Positions 37,229 to 50,620 of a stretch of DNA of 64,000 nt are shown here, piece by piece (within the stretch, counting starts at the first letter, position 1; each line of letters opens with the position of its first letter). The notes under the pieces were generated by a model, which was not told where the DNA came from, made no database searches, and saw only the letters and a list, made by a program, of their open reading frames with translations. A program made the position numbers and the translations under genes. Source of the stretch: Octopus sinensis (Eukaryota); NCBI RefSeq assembly GCF_006345805.1, contig NC_043001.1:30504001-30568000 (forward strand), read 5' to 3'.

Positions 37229-37463
37229 TTCGTTTTTGGATTTGGTTTGCAAGATTCTTTATATGAGTTCGTGTGTTGAAGCATATTCTGTTGTGTCTGG
37301 GGCAAGACATTTTCTTTTTGTGCCTTATAATGTAACACACTCACCAGTAAAATTTCCACTTATTTCTTATTTTTATTTTCCTAAAATAAGAGGAAATTTT
37401 ACTGGTGAGTGTGTTACATTATAAGGCACAAAAAGAAAATGACTCTCCCCAGACACAACAGAA
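37229..37463. mobile_element. Fold-back retroposed insertion with 12-bp TSD inside a piggyBac-like MITE
   Basis: TSD tttagtattcat at 37217-37228 and 37464-37475. Inverted arms 37285-37357 / 37392-37464. Confidence 0.8.
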
Positions 37464-37877
37464 TTTAGTATTCATATTATTCTGTCTAATCCAATGTTTA
37501 TATTGTTTCTGAATTAATTGGGCATTATCTTGTAGCTTAGAGATTTCAATGATGTGATTGTTTAGTTTTAGAACGACATTGTAGGTTTAAGGTGAGAGGT
37601 CAGATCTGGCCAGTTTCTGCATAAAATAAGTTAAATATTTTGGCTGGATATGGCAAGTTTGAATGCTAAAGGCTTAAGGCAGTAAGTTGATAGAACTGTT
37701 AACACACCAGGCAAAAATGCCTATTGGCATATCATCCTCAAACCAAGAGCCTCCATGACTGGTAGAAAGAAGACCTTATCCTCAAACCTTTGATGTAGTC
37801 CATATATCAAAGTGAATTCCATTAACCCTTTAGCATTCAAACCGGCCATATCTGGCCAAAATATTTAGCCTGTTTTA

Positions 37878-38160
37878 TAAAATAATAATAATGAAATTAT
37901 TGTATACAGTGCTCAGGTGCACCACAACTTGTCAGAAAGTGCATATAAAGTACATGCAGTAATGTAGAAATGTCTGGAAAGTGAACATGCTTGTGTGTGT
38001 ATGGAGGGGAGAAAATCAAGTGTAGTGTTGGCGAATCTCAGGAAGCATGGAAGTTTTGAAGGATGCAGTGCTCCGACAACTAACAACCGATGCCGGCAGT
38101 TTGTTCCACGCTTCAGCAACTCTCAGCGTGAAAAAATGTTTCCTGAAGTCATTGAAACTG
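37878..38160 (-). mobile_element. 3' end of a second CR1-type LINE family with (ATT)n tail
   Basis: FRKHFFTLRVAEAWNKLPASVVSCRSTASFK. Relative on + at ~43905-44120. Confidence 0.8.
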
Positions 38161-38823
38161 ACCAGATCTCACCTCTCACCTCAGCCCTACCATGTCATTC
38201 TAAAACTAAAAAAAATCACATCACTGAAATATCTAAACTACAAGATAATGCATGATTAATTCAAACCATTTTAAATAAACAAACATCACATTTGATAGAA
38301 TAATCTGAACACTAAAGGGTTAAAGGCACTTTATGATTAGGTGGTGGTAATAAACCAGATGACAGATTAAGTCTAGAACACAAGAACTCCGAATGCAAAG
38401 ATCTAGTACAAATATAAAAAGTTATCTAGTCCAATACTCTAATACATGTGCCAATCCACTGCACTGGACCTGGTACTTAACTTTATCAAGCTCCAAAAGA
38501 TAAAAGGTTAAGTTGATCTTGGTGGAATTTGAACTCAGAACACTGAATACTGAAACAAATGCTGCAAAGCATTTTACTCTTCATTCTAATGACCTTATGT
38601 GTGTACTCTTACTCTTTACTCTTTTGCTTGCCTCAGTCATTTGACTGTGGCCATGCTGGAGCACCGCCTTTAGTCGAGCAAATCAACCGCAGGACTTATT
38701 CTTTGTAAGCCTAGTACTTATTTTATCGGTCTCTTTTGACGAACAGCTAAGTTACGGGGACATAAACACACCAGCATTGGTTGTCAAGCAATGTTGGGGA
38801 GACAAACACAGACACACAAACAT

Positions 38824-38858
<35 letters not shown>

Positions 38859-40312
38859 CATATATGCGATGGGCTTCTTTAAGTTTCTGTCCACAAAATC
38901 CACTCACAGGGCTTTGGTTGACCCAAGATACTTGCCCAGGGTTCCATGCAGTGGAACTGAACCCGGAACCATGTGGTTCATAAGCAAGCTACTTACCACA
39001 CACCCACTCCTATGCCTACTCCTGTGAGTGTATATATTTAGGAATCTGTATGCATGTGTATAGTTTGGTGGTTCTGTGTGCATGTATGTTTGATGTGCAT
39101 AGTTTGATGTTTGTTTGTGTATTGTTTTGTATGCAGTTTTGTTTACTTATTTCTAAGTTCATATGCCAAGATGTCTGTAACATTACATATTTGCCTTGTT
39201 ATCCTGGTATTTAATTAATTCACTTTTACCTCATCAACAAGGTTAGTTAGCCACCTATATGTGAGCCACCTAGCGGTTAATATCTCCTGCATTTCTGACC
39301 AAACAATGATGGCATAATGTTAAGTTTTATGCTGATGATGACTATAATGATGGACCACTAATGTCAAATGCACAGTCATTAGAAGTATATATTTTTGGTG
39401 AATATAGTTAAATGTTTTAAAATTATAATTAAAATGAGAATCAATAGTACACTGAAAAATTGATAGGTGCTGGAGTGGCTGTGTGATAAGTAGCTTGCTT
39501 ACCAACCACATAGTTCTGGGTTCAGTCCCACTGCGTGGCACCTTGGGCCAGTGTCTTCTACTATAGCTTCGGGTTGATCAAAGCCTTGTGAGTGGATTTG
39601 GTAGACGGAAACTGAAAGAAGCCCGTCATATATATGTATGTGTGTGTATATATATGTATGTGTGTGTTTGTGTGTCTGTGTTTGGCCCTCCAACATCGCT
39701 TCACAACCAATGCTGGTGTGTTTACGTCCCCGTAACTTAGTGGTTCAGCAAAAGAGACTGATAGAATAAGTACTAGGCTTACAAAGAATAAGTCCTGGGG
39801 TCGATTTTCTCGACTAAAGGCGGTGCTCCAGCATGGCCACAGTCAAATGACTAAAACAAGTAAAAGAGTAAAAGATAGCCTTCCAGATATGATCCACATT
39901 TATCAAGCATCAATTTAGCCAGCTTTTATCTCCAGTTTTCTTTCAGACAGTCACATACTGACCCAAATTTTAAAGTAGGTTGTTGTTTTTTGTCTCCAGT
40001 TCAGCTCTGAGTTGATAGATGTGTGATTGAAGGTGTTCTCAACCAGTACTGTACTTTCTTATGCATTAGGGTCATCATTGTGCAATATAGACTTCTTGCA
40101 GGCAGTTTTCTGGCTAACTTGAGTTTCTTTTGCCAGTTCTAAAGTAGTTTTATGTGGATTGTGGTAAGTAGCTTGCTTACCAACCACATGGTACTGGGTT
40201 CAGTCCCACTGCATGGCATCTTGGGCAAGTGTCTTCTACTATAGCCTTGGGCCGACCAAAGCCTTGTGAGTGGATTTGGTAGACGGAAACTGAAAGAAGC
40301 CTGTCGTATATA

Positions 40313-40343
<31 letters not shown>

Positions 40344-40455
40344 GATGATGATTATATATATATATATATATATAATAATAAATATTAGGGAATAACTCCA
40401 AATTTACAGGGAAAAATCAGATTTATGATTGAATCCAATTTTATAGTAAAATATA

Positions 40456-40667
40456 ATATAATATTAATTAGAGACAAAACCACTATTATGCAAATCAAAC
40501 AAAGAAAGACTTAATCCAATACATAAAAAATTTTATATAAATTAAATATAATTAAGATTAATTAATCTTAATTATATTTAATTTATATAAAATTTTTTAT
40601 GTATTGGATTAAGTCTTTCTTTGTTTGATTTGCATAATAGTGGTTTTGTCTCTAATTAATATTATAT
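40456..40667. repeat. Perfect 212-bp loopless AT-rich palindrome within a ~290-bp insertion in a SINE (TA)n tract
   Basis: Arms of 106 bp centred on gattaa|ttaatc (40561/40562). I compared them base by base and found no mismatch. Confidence 0.9.
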
Positions 40668-40899
40668 ATATATATATGTTTGTGTGTCTGTGTTTGTTAT
40701 CCCAACATCGCTTGACAACCGATGCTGGTGTGTTTACATCCCTGTAACTTAGCGGTTCGGCAAAAGAGACCGATAGAATAAGTACTAGGCTTACAAAGAA
40801 TAAGTCCTGGGGTCGATTTGCTCAACTAAAAGCAGTGCTCCAGCATGGCCACAGTCAAATGATTGAAACAAGTAAAAAAGTAAAAGAGTAATGATGGTG

Positions 40900-41313
40900 T
40901 TTAATTGACTGTCATCAATGACAGATGGACATCCATTACGCTCACGATCTTCAAGGTTCAGGTCTCCACTGTGAAATTGTTTTAACCATTTTCAAGCTGA
41001 CCACTCACTGGTCATTTCCTCACCAAACGTTTCCTTGATATCAGAAGTAGTTTCAGCTGCTTTACATCCTTTTTTTTTTTTGAAGCTGAATTGCAAAATT
41101 GTTTGAATATTGTACTTTGACAGTTCCGTTTCAGATGATTGTAACAATGGTGGAAAAAATATCAATGTTAATTTATTGATGCATTTGGGCAAGTCTGTGT
41201 CTGTATTATCAGACAATTGTAAAAAAAATGTTTTAAAAAATTTCAAAGCTCTGCAAAAATCCAGTACAAATTCTTCATGGTTCAAAACTTTGCTTACTTT
41301 TTACTTAACCTGA
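40900..41313 (-). mobile_element. Mariner 5' fragment
   Basis: KAAETTSDIKETFGEE and FHSGDLNLEDRER..CPS helix-turn-helix region, TIR-like end near 41313. Confidence 0.7.
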
Positions 41314-43455
41314 TAGTTAACTACACAAGACATGCATCAGATTCATATTTCTTTACTGCCCATAAGGGGCTACACACAGAGAGGACAAACAGGGACAGAC
41401 ATAGGTATTAAGTCGATTATATCGACCCCAGTGCATAACTGGTACTTATTTAATCGACCCCGAAAGGATGAAAGGCAAAGTTGACCTCAACGGAATTTGA
41501 ACTCAGAATTTAGTGGCAGACGAAATACCACTAAGCATTTCGCCCGGCGTGCTAACATTTCTGCCCAGATTCTGCCAGGCTGATTCAGTCCAGTTAGGGA
41601 CATCACACATATCTTATGGTGTTGGAGTAACCCAACCATTTTTTTTGTATATGACCAGTGCCAGTGGCACATAAGAGAACCATCCGAACGTGGCTGTTGC
41701 CAGCCTCGCCTGGCCTCCGTGCCGGTGGCACGTAAAAAGCACCATCCGATCGTGGCCATTGCCAGCCTTGCCTGGCACGTAAAAAGCACCCACTACACTC
41801 ATGGAGTGGTTGGCGTTAGGGAAGGGCATCCAGCCGTAGAAACATTGCCAGATCAGACTGGGCCTGGTGCAGCCTTCTGGCTTCCCAGACCCCAGTTGAA
41901 CCGTCCAACCCATGCCAGCATGGAAAGCGGACGCTAAACGATGATGATGACACAATAAAATACATAGGTTTCTTTTAACCTGTAACAATGCATAGAAGCC
42001 ATATATCTTCAGGGGAAGCGGATGAGAAATTTTTAGATTCATGCTTTTATCAAGTGTAACAGCTGCAGATGGCTGATTTGATAGGATATTTGACAAAAAG
42101 CTGTAGGTTTGCCACTTTATATCCTGTTATTGAAGTCAGTGAACCATACAGTTAGCTATGGGCAGTTGAATCAGTTTCAAACAGCTGTTAGTAAATACCA
42201 CATAATAAAATGTTTCCTGCTTTAAGCCATAGCAGAATTACAAAGCTAGAAAATGTTTTACTGAGTCACAGCATTGAGTTTAGCTCACTGCAATGCTGGG
42301 AACTTGAAGCACTCATAATATGGCCCTGCTTTCCATGTGTGCACTACCACTCCTAAGTGAAGTCAGAAATTAATGAATCTCATAAAAACAATATTTGTGC
42401 AAGTTATTTAAAAATGTTTCTGCAGGAATTGAAATCATGTCAGAAACTCAGGCCTTTAGCAATGCACCTATTACTCTGTGACACATCAGTTTATTATAAT
42501 GGCAACCTTGGTAATACTTTTAATCCTATAAATAGTTCCTTTATAGTCAGTCAGCTGAACATTTAGAATATACTGTATTTCAAGTGGTTAATTGTGTTTG
42601 ATTCTGAAAAAGAAAATAACTTGTCTCACACCCATCCTGTACAAATAGTACACAAAAATAAAAATGGAAACAGAAAATGGGGGCATGTGGATATGATATA
42701 AAAACAATTATTTTGTCACCTGATTTTATTTGCCACATTGTCAGAAGGCAAGCAAGAACAAAGAAATATTTTGATAGCATTTATTATTTTTTTTTTTTTT
42801 TTTTGCTGTTTAATATCATAAAATTATGTTAAGCTGAATTATCATCTTTTAAAATATATTGCTATGAAAACAAATTATTACAAAAGATCCTACACTGAGA
42901 AAAATCGGTCCTATTCAAAGAAGATGTATAAATATAGCAGAGGTTTGTTGTTGTTATTGTTTAGTGGCCAACTTTGATCAAGGGGATATATTGTCAAAGT
43001 CATTCCAAACATAACCCTCCAGTCTTTTTCTCAATTATTGAACAATCAGGACACATTACCCAATGTATGTGTTTTATTCTAGGTTGGTGGAATGAGATTT
43101 GAGGAAAATTTAGCTGCTATTTTAGGCAGACTGAGCAGCCATGCAGTAGCTTGCTCATTGATTCCTTAGTAGGAGGTATTGTGGTGGTGTGTAAAATGTA
43201 ACCTGTATGTGGAACATGACAGAAGAAAACAATGGGGCATTATTATCAAAAGGCTTAATTTAATGGGTGAGAATAGCAACAGTTAGTTTAATCATGGATA
43301 CTAGAAAAAAAGACCTGACTTTTTTGACCCCAAACTAATAGGCTGGAGTATAGGAGAAAGATCCAGCAATATAAACTCCATGCATCCATACACACACACA
43401 CATTCATAGATATGTGTGTGTGTGTGTGTGTGTATAGGATGTTTCCTTTTTCTAT

Positions 43456-43483
43456 GTTTCTGATGAAGAGCTCCGCTCGAAAC
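43456..43483 (+). ncRNA. 3'-truncated minimal hammerhead core
   Basis: gttt-CTGATGA-A-GAGC tcc GCTC-GAAAC, then runs into (TA)n, so the cleavage triplet is lost. Confidence 0.55.
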
Positions 43484-44458
43484 AATATATATATATGTAT
43501 GTATGTTCTAATGTGGCAAGTTGGCAGACATACTGGGTGAAATGCTTATCGGTATTTCGTCTGTCTTTTCATTAAGGCAGCGAGCTGGCAGAAACGTTAG
43601 TGCGCTGGGTGAAATGCTTAGTGGTATTTCGTCTGTTGTTACGTTCTGAGTTCAAATTCCGCCGAGGTTGACTTTGCCTTTCATCCTTTTGGGGTCGATA
43701 AATTAAGTACCAGTTTCACACTGGGGTCGATGTAATCGACTTAATCCCTTTGTCTGTCCCCTCTATGTTTATCCCCTTGTGGGTAGTAAAGAAATATATA
43801 TATATATATATATATATCATCATCATCATCATCGTTTCGATGCTAGCATGGGTTGGACAATTTGACTGAGGACTGGAGAACCAGATGGCTGCACCAGGCC
43901 GCATCAGTTGTTAGTTTCCAAAACAGTGCTTCTTTTAAAACCTCCATGCTTCCTGAAATTCACCAACACTACACTTGATATCCCCTACTCCATATGCATG
44001 CACACATGTACATCATGACTCATACACTGTTCACTTTCCTGACTTTTGTACATAATTCTATGTACTGTACATGCACCTTTGATGAGCACTTTACATAATA
44101 ATTTCATTATTATTATTCATATTATTATCAACATCTGGATTATACTCCTTCAGAATTAGAGGAATTAAAGTGAATAATTAAAAGCAAGTACAAATAGTTG
44201 AAATAGTGAGAGGTAATATTTATCCCCACTTAAATGTGGTTGATCTGTTAGAACAAACTATACTATGGTTGTTAGCATGAGAGAAACTCCCATATTGGTT
44301 TTTGGTGCAAAATACACTCTTGTCTATATTGCAAATGAGGAGATAAATCCCCTTGACCTCTGGTGCTGAGACCATCAGACTAAATGATTTTGACCTTCTT
44401 TGGTCTTATCAATGCTTGACCACTAGAGATAACAGCAATTCATCCACGGTCAGTGATA

Positions 44459-44841
44459 TCTCTCTATATATAAACGGCAGTTTGTCTGTGCGTGTTTCTG
44501 TGTGTCTATTTGCTTGTACCCTCACTCTGACCACGGCTTTCAACCGATTCTGATGAAACTTGACACACACATAGCCCAATGTCATAATTCAAAACTAACG
44601 CAGCGAAAATTTTGAAAAGTTCCCCCAGTTCTGAAAAAATCGATAAATTCGACATGGGGTCGAGAATCAGAAACACAAACCATAAACTGTCTAGGGGACG
44701 CAACTCCACCTCTTTTAACTCTAAAAAAAAAATTACCATCATTTTATTCCATTTTTTGGCTATTTTTTGGCTATAACTCTCTAAAAATGCTTTATAGTTA
44801 TTTCCCTTACAAACCTGAGCAACGCCGGGCGATACTGCTAG
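44459..44841 (+). mobile_element. Non-autonomous Helitron
   Basis: A|TCTCTCTATATATAAA start, cctgagcaacgccgggcgatactg-CTAG|T end. Confidence 0.82.
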
Positions 44842-46344
44842 TATAGAATAACAGTGCCAGAACAAGCAGTGGTGTCATGATTAGTCAGTGAGATTATTGA
44901 AAAATATTTAAAAATAGTAAAATCGTGGTTATATTTGATTTGAAGAATTATTGTCAAGTAATATAATATGTTGTTATTATTCTGAGCTGAAGGTCTGTTG
45001 GAATCAACTTTGCTCATCATTACACAAAACCGGTAATCTTATTTCTTTATTGCCCACAAGGGGCTAAACATAGAGGGGACAAACAAGGACAGACAAACGG
45101 ATTAATTCGATTATATCGACCCCAGTGCGTAACTGGTACTTAATTTATCGACCCCCAAAAGGATGAAAGGCAAAGTCGACCTGGGTGGAATTTGAACTCA
45201 GAACGTAACAGCAGACGAAATACCTATTTCTTTATTACCCACAAGGGGCTAAACACAGAGGGGGCAAACAAGGACAGACAAACAGATTAAGTTGATTATA
45301 TCGACCCCAGTAACTGGTACTTATTTAATCGACCCCAAAAGGATGAAAGGCAAAGTCGACCTCGACGGAATTTGAACTCACAACATAAAGACAGACGAAA
45401 TACCGCTAAGCATTTCGCCCGGCGTGCTAACGTTTCTGGCAGCTCGCCGCCGTCCCACAAAACCAGTAATCTAAAATATCAGTAATATAATAGTATCAAT
45501 TCATTTTAGTGTCCCCTTCTCTTACAAAATGTTAGTCTTAAGTTCAATGGTAAATTGTAATAAAATATTCAAACATTTCTGTCTGCAACTAATTAAATCA
45601 TTGAATTAATAAGGAAGTTGTGCTTTTTTTATGCTAAAAAGGATTCCATGTGTAAATGAAACAAACATTTCAAATATTGAAAGTAACAGTTTTTTTATTT
45701 TATTTTTCGCAAAAGTATTCTATAAGACTTTGTGGTGAAGATTAAATTAAGCAGAAGTGTTTGAGCAAAAAGCTTGTTAATGTTTTTTTTCTTTTTATCA
45801 ACAAATAGCTAATTCCTATGATAGCAATATCCTCATTACATTCAAGGTTTGTGTAAGTCTTTGACCTCAAGTTTATTACTTTTTTCTTTTAGAACAGAAC
45901 AGAAAAGAAATCTACAGCGCATGTGTGAGTGTGTGTATATTATATTAGCTTGTTAATATGTTTGTTAACATGTTGTATATTAATAGAATCTATTTGGAGT
46001 TTTTCCAGTTATGTGCTGAGTATGCTTTGCAGCAAATAGACTGTAGCTCTCACTTTTTTCAAAGCAGCTAAGGAGGTGACCGATACTATCATCTTAGATA
46101 TATGTCACTTTTTATTCTTCCCACAACCAAACCTCACATTCAAAAACTCCCAAATTATAAAATAGCTGAAATGATTGATCAGATGTGACAAGACATGTTT
46201 AAATCATGAAGTTCATAATTATATTAAATCCATCATTAGTTCTTTTGTTTTCAGGAAAAAGATCAAAGAGAAAAAAAGAAAAAAGGATTTTTTTGACTAT
46301 TTTAATTACTTGTTCAAAGCGTCATAGTTATTTACACAATTCTA

Positions 46345-46727
46345 TGAGGGGTGCTGAAAAGTTCCTAGCTTTGGGTAAAAGAAAATACAGGAAGATCAGT
46401 TAATTACAATTTTATTCAACATCTTTCCCTCTCAGATTCACACACTTATTACAGTGGCCTTCAGTTTTTCTAAGCCCTATAAAAGAACTTGGGAAGTTGG
46501 ACCTCCAACCAGGCCTTTTGCAATACCCTTAAAACCTAGACCTTTCCAGCACCCCATATATCTGCATACACACACATACATAGCAGGCTTCTTTCAGTTT
46601 CTGTTTAACAAATCCACTCACAAAGCTTTGGTTGGCCTGGTGCTATAGTAGAAGAACTCGGAAGGTTGGGCCTCCAATCAGGCCTTTTGCAAAACCCTTA
46701 AAACCAGGAACTTTTCAGCATCCCCTT
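46345..46727. mobile_element. Mariner-like MITE with a duplicated right end around a SINE fragment
   Basis: tgaggggtgctgaaaagttcc left TIR, right TIR-like ends at ~46556 and ~46727. Reverse-orientation relative at ~47001-47200. Confidence 0.65.
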
Positions 46728-48852
46728 ATAATAAAATGCATCTTCAGGTTTTCACACTAATCTTTTGCAGACCTTCCCATTCTTCGTAATTTTTTCATGT
46801 GACAACCTTTTGACTCAAAATCGGAAATTACCTAATTATTTACCCAGCAAACTGATTCTGTTAAATAAAGCTGTCTGCTGAGTAAGCAAATCTGGACTTG
46901 CTAACATTCTATAATTGCTGACCCACCACTGTTTTCCACACAGCTTCTAAATAGTCTGCTACGAGTAGACTCTACAACCATAGAGCTAATTACCATATTA
47001 TGAGGGTATGCTGAAAAGTCCCTGACTTTAAGGTTATTGTAAAAGGTTTGCTTAGAGATCTAATCTTCTTTCTTTTACAGGGCTTAGAAAAACTGAAGGA
47101 CTGCTGCAGTGTGTGAATCTGAGATGGGGATATGTTGAATAAAATCATAATTAACTGATCCTCCTATGTTTTCTTTTACCCAAAACCAAAAAACTTTACA
47201 TACATATTTCTCTTTTAAAATTATCACTTTGCATAAGAGCAATGTGGAAGTTGTATTAATTTACCAGCTCAAAGGTCTTGAGTACAAATTAACTACAAGC
47301 ATTTTGTTGTTTATTTGGGTAGTAACTTAATTCTTAATTGCTGGTGGAATGTAAAAAGTACCCTTTGAACATTGGGCCTTACAGAGGCAATGACAAGTGA
47401 CCGAGACCTTTGGTGATATGCTATGCTTGAGAAGACCTGTCAAGCCAAGTGAAATCGTGGTCATGGTCGATGCTTGTGTCACAAAACTGGCACGAGAAAG
47501 GCACCCGTTACACTCTGTAAAGTGGTTGGCATTAGGAAGGATATCCAGCTGTAGAAACCATGCCAAATCAGACTGGAACCAGGTGCATCCCTCCTGCTTA
47601 CCAGTTTCAGTCCGACTGTCTAGCCCATGCCAGCATGGAAAGCAGACACTAAATGATCATGATAATGATGGTGATGATGCCTACTTGAAAATTGGTACCA
47701 TATCTTTTAGGAATTTTGTCTGAAACAGACAAAGGAAAGATTTGTCTTCCATCTTCTTAACAACATAACACCTATCATAAGTGTTTTCTTTGTTTCGATA
47801 GCAGTAATATTATCAATAATTGTTTAGATAAAAGTGGAATTTTGAACTTAGACCTGAAGGAGACAAAACTAAATATGATAAATTAGTGTTTTGTTGTGTA
47901 ATCTGTGCATGTGACCTCATACTTCTCACTTTTTCCCTTGTAAAAACACTCAGTAAATTCTATGAAGTGGTTGGCATTAGGAAGGACATCCGTTTATAGA
48001 AACCATACCAAAACAAGGATGGTGTAAAATTGCTTAAAAACATGACAAACTTGTTATTTCTTTTTATTTATTAATACACAATGAGTTTGTTTTTTCTCTT
48101 TACTCGTCATTTCACATATTTTGCTTGATATACATTATCAAAATATTTTCATTTCAATTGCAGTAAATATCCTCCACTCCTATCCTCATCCTCCTATCCT
48201 CCTCCTCCTCCTCTTCATCACCATCACCACCATCACCACCACCACCACACCACCACCACCATCACCACCGCCACCACCGCCACCGCCACCGCCGCCGTCA
48301 TCATCATCATCATCATCATCGTTTAATGCCCATTCCCTTTGCTGGCATGGGTTCGATGGTTTGACAGGAGTTAACCAGCTAGAGAGCTGCACCTGGCTCC
48401 TTTTGTCTGTTTTAGCATGGTTTCTATGGCTAGGTGCCCCTCCCCCTAACACCAACCCCTTTACAGAGCGTACCAGATGCTTAAAGTCCCTTAAAGTCTG
48501 TATCGAACAATATAGTTCTTGATAGACAAAGGACAAGATCGTCATGATTGAAGCACTTTTCTTCACAGATTTGCATCTGGGCCTGGTGCAGCCTTCTGGC
48601 TTCCCAGACCCCAGTTGAATCGTCCAACCCATGCTAGCATGGAAAGTGGATGCTAAACGATGATGATGATGATGATGATCTGGGAACTACAAGACAACAA
48701 AATGTTTATTTCAAATCAATAAATGAAAGTCACAACATGAGTACATTAATTGCTAGATATAGTAGTCAAATTTCCCCCAAGTCACATTACAGTGTCTTAA
48801 ATTAAGAATAGATTTATAGGAAAATGTAGTCTTATACATGCTAACAGATGAG

Positions 48853-48856
<4 letters not shown>

Positions 48857-48908
<52 letters not shown>

Positions 48909-49557
48909 AAACACACACACACAAACACACACACAAACACACACACACAAACACACACATAAACACACACACACAAACCACACACAAACACACACACACA
49001 AACACACACACAAACACACATACAAACACACACAAACAAAACAAACACACACAAAACATACCCCACACACCCAAACCACCCACACAAACCACACACCACC
49101 ATAAGCACACACACACATACACACACAAACATACACACACACACATACATAAACACACACCACATACACACACCAAACTACCAACACACACACACCACAC
49201 AACACACACACACACACATACATAAACACAACACACACATACACACACAAACACACACAAACATACACACACACAAACACACACAAACACACACACACTA
49301 CACAAGCACACACACACACATACACACAAACATACACATACACACACATACACACACAAACACACACACACAAACACACACACACACACACATACATAAA
49401 CACACACACACACATACACACACAAACACACACACACACACATACATAAACACACACACACATACACACACAAACATACACACACACACACACATACACA
49501 CACAAACATACACACACACACACACAAACACACACACAAACACACACATACACACAC
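48857..49557. repeat. ~700-bp degenerate (CA)n microsatellite
   Basis: CA dinucleotides interrupted by caaa, cata and cc variants. Confidence 0.97.
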
Positions 49558-49639
49558 ATGAGAGTGACTATGAAGGAGTGAGGCGAGAGCTGTGAAATCT
49601 TGTATGTGTTAGTTCTAACTTCTCTTATTAATAACTGTA

Positions 49640-50360
49640 TTGTTTCTTTCCCGGTAAACTGACATCTCACTGTTCAAAGAACACTTCAGAAGTAACTGGT
49701 AGTAACAGGTGTTATCAAGTACCTACAAAAAATGGGTTTAGCCCCCAATGACATTCATGTTGATATGGTTTGCTACATTACAGGGTAATACTCCAGCTTT
49801 ATCAACAGGGCAAAAGTGAACTGCTGAATTTAAGAGGAGAAGGGAGGGTCTTGAAGATGATCCAAGATCTGGGTGTCCTGCAGCTGTCACCACTAAGGAA
49901 AATATTGATTATGTTCACCACATGGTGAGGGATGACAGGTGGTTGACTATAAATCAAACAGCCAATGCTGTTAGCACATCCTGTAGGAGAGTTGAGAATA
50001 TTCTGCACCATGAACTTGTCATGACAAACATTTCTGCTCGGTGGGTGCCATATCTTGACACCTGATCAAAAGCACACCAGGATTAACACATGGGAAAATC
50101 TGACGTTTTTTGAAGTAGATCCAGATGGTTTTCTTGAAAGCTTCCTAAACCAGGATGAGTGTTGGCTTTATCTCTTTGAGTCAGTGACAAAGAGACAATC
50201 CATGCAGTAGAAACACCTCTCCTCACCTGGTCCAGAGAAGGTGAAGGTCATTTCATCATTGTCATCATCATCGTCATCATCATCATCATCATCATTTAAT
50301 GTCCATTGTCCATTCTGGGAAAGTGATAGTCTCAGTTTATTGGGATGCAAAAGGCATTAT
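49640..50360 (+). mobile_element. Degenerate mariner transposase, interrupted by simple repeat/SINE sequence
   Basis: VIKYLQK.GL, LEDDPRSG.P, SARWVP.L and QDECW motifs, resuming as GKV..S..WDAKGI at ~50313-50360. Confidence 0.75.
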
Positions 50361-50620
50361 ATATGTTTATTTCTTTACTACCCACAAGGGGCTAAACACA
50401 GAGGAGACAAACAAGGACAGACAAAGGGATTAAGTCGATTACATCGACCCCCAGTGCGTAACTGGTACTTAATTTATCGACCCTGGAAGAATGAAAGGCA
50501 AAGTCAACCTCGGCGGAATTTGAACTCAGAACGTAGCGGCAGACGAAATACAGCAAAGCATTTCGCTCGACGTGCTAAAGTTTCTGCCAGCTCGCCACCT
50601 TCATGCATTATATATATTAA

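Noticed and set aside
43540-43660. tRNA-like sequences (also ~39470-39540, 59610-59680)
   Set aside because: These are SINE heads with A/B-box-like motifs running straight into SINE bodies. No complete cloverleaf was seen.
48753-49670. Long ORFs rich in C/V or H/T
   Set aside because: Artefacts of the (CA)n microsatellite.
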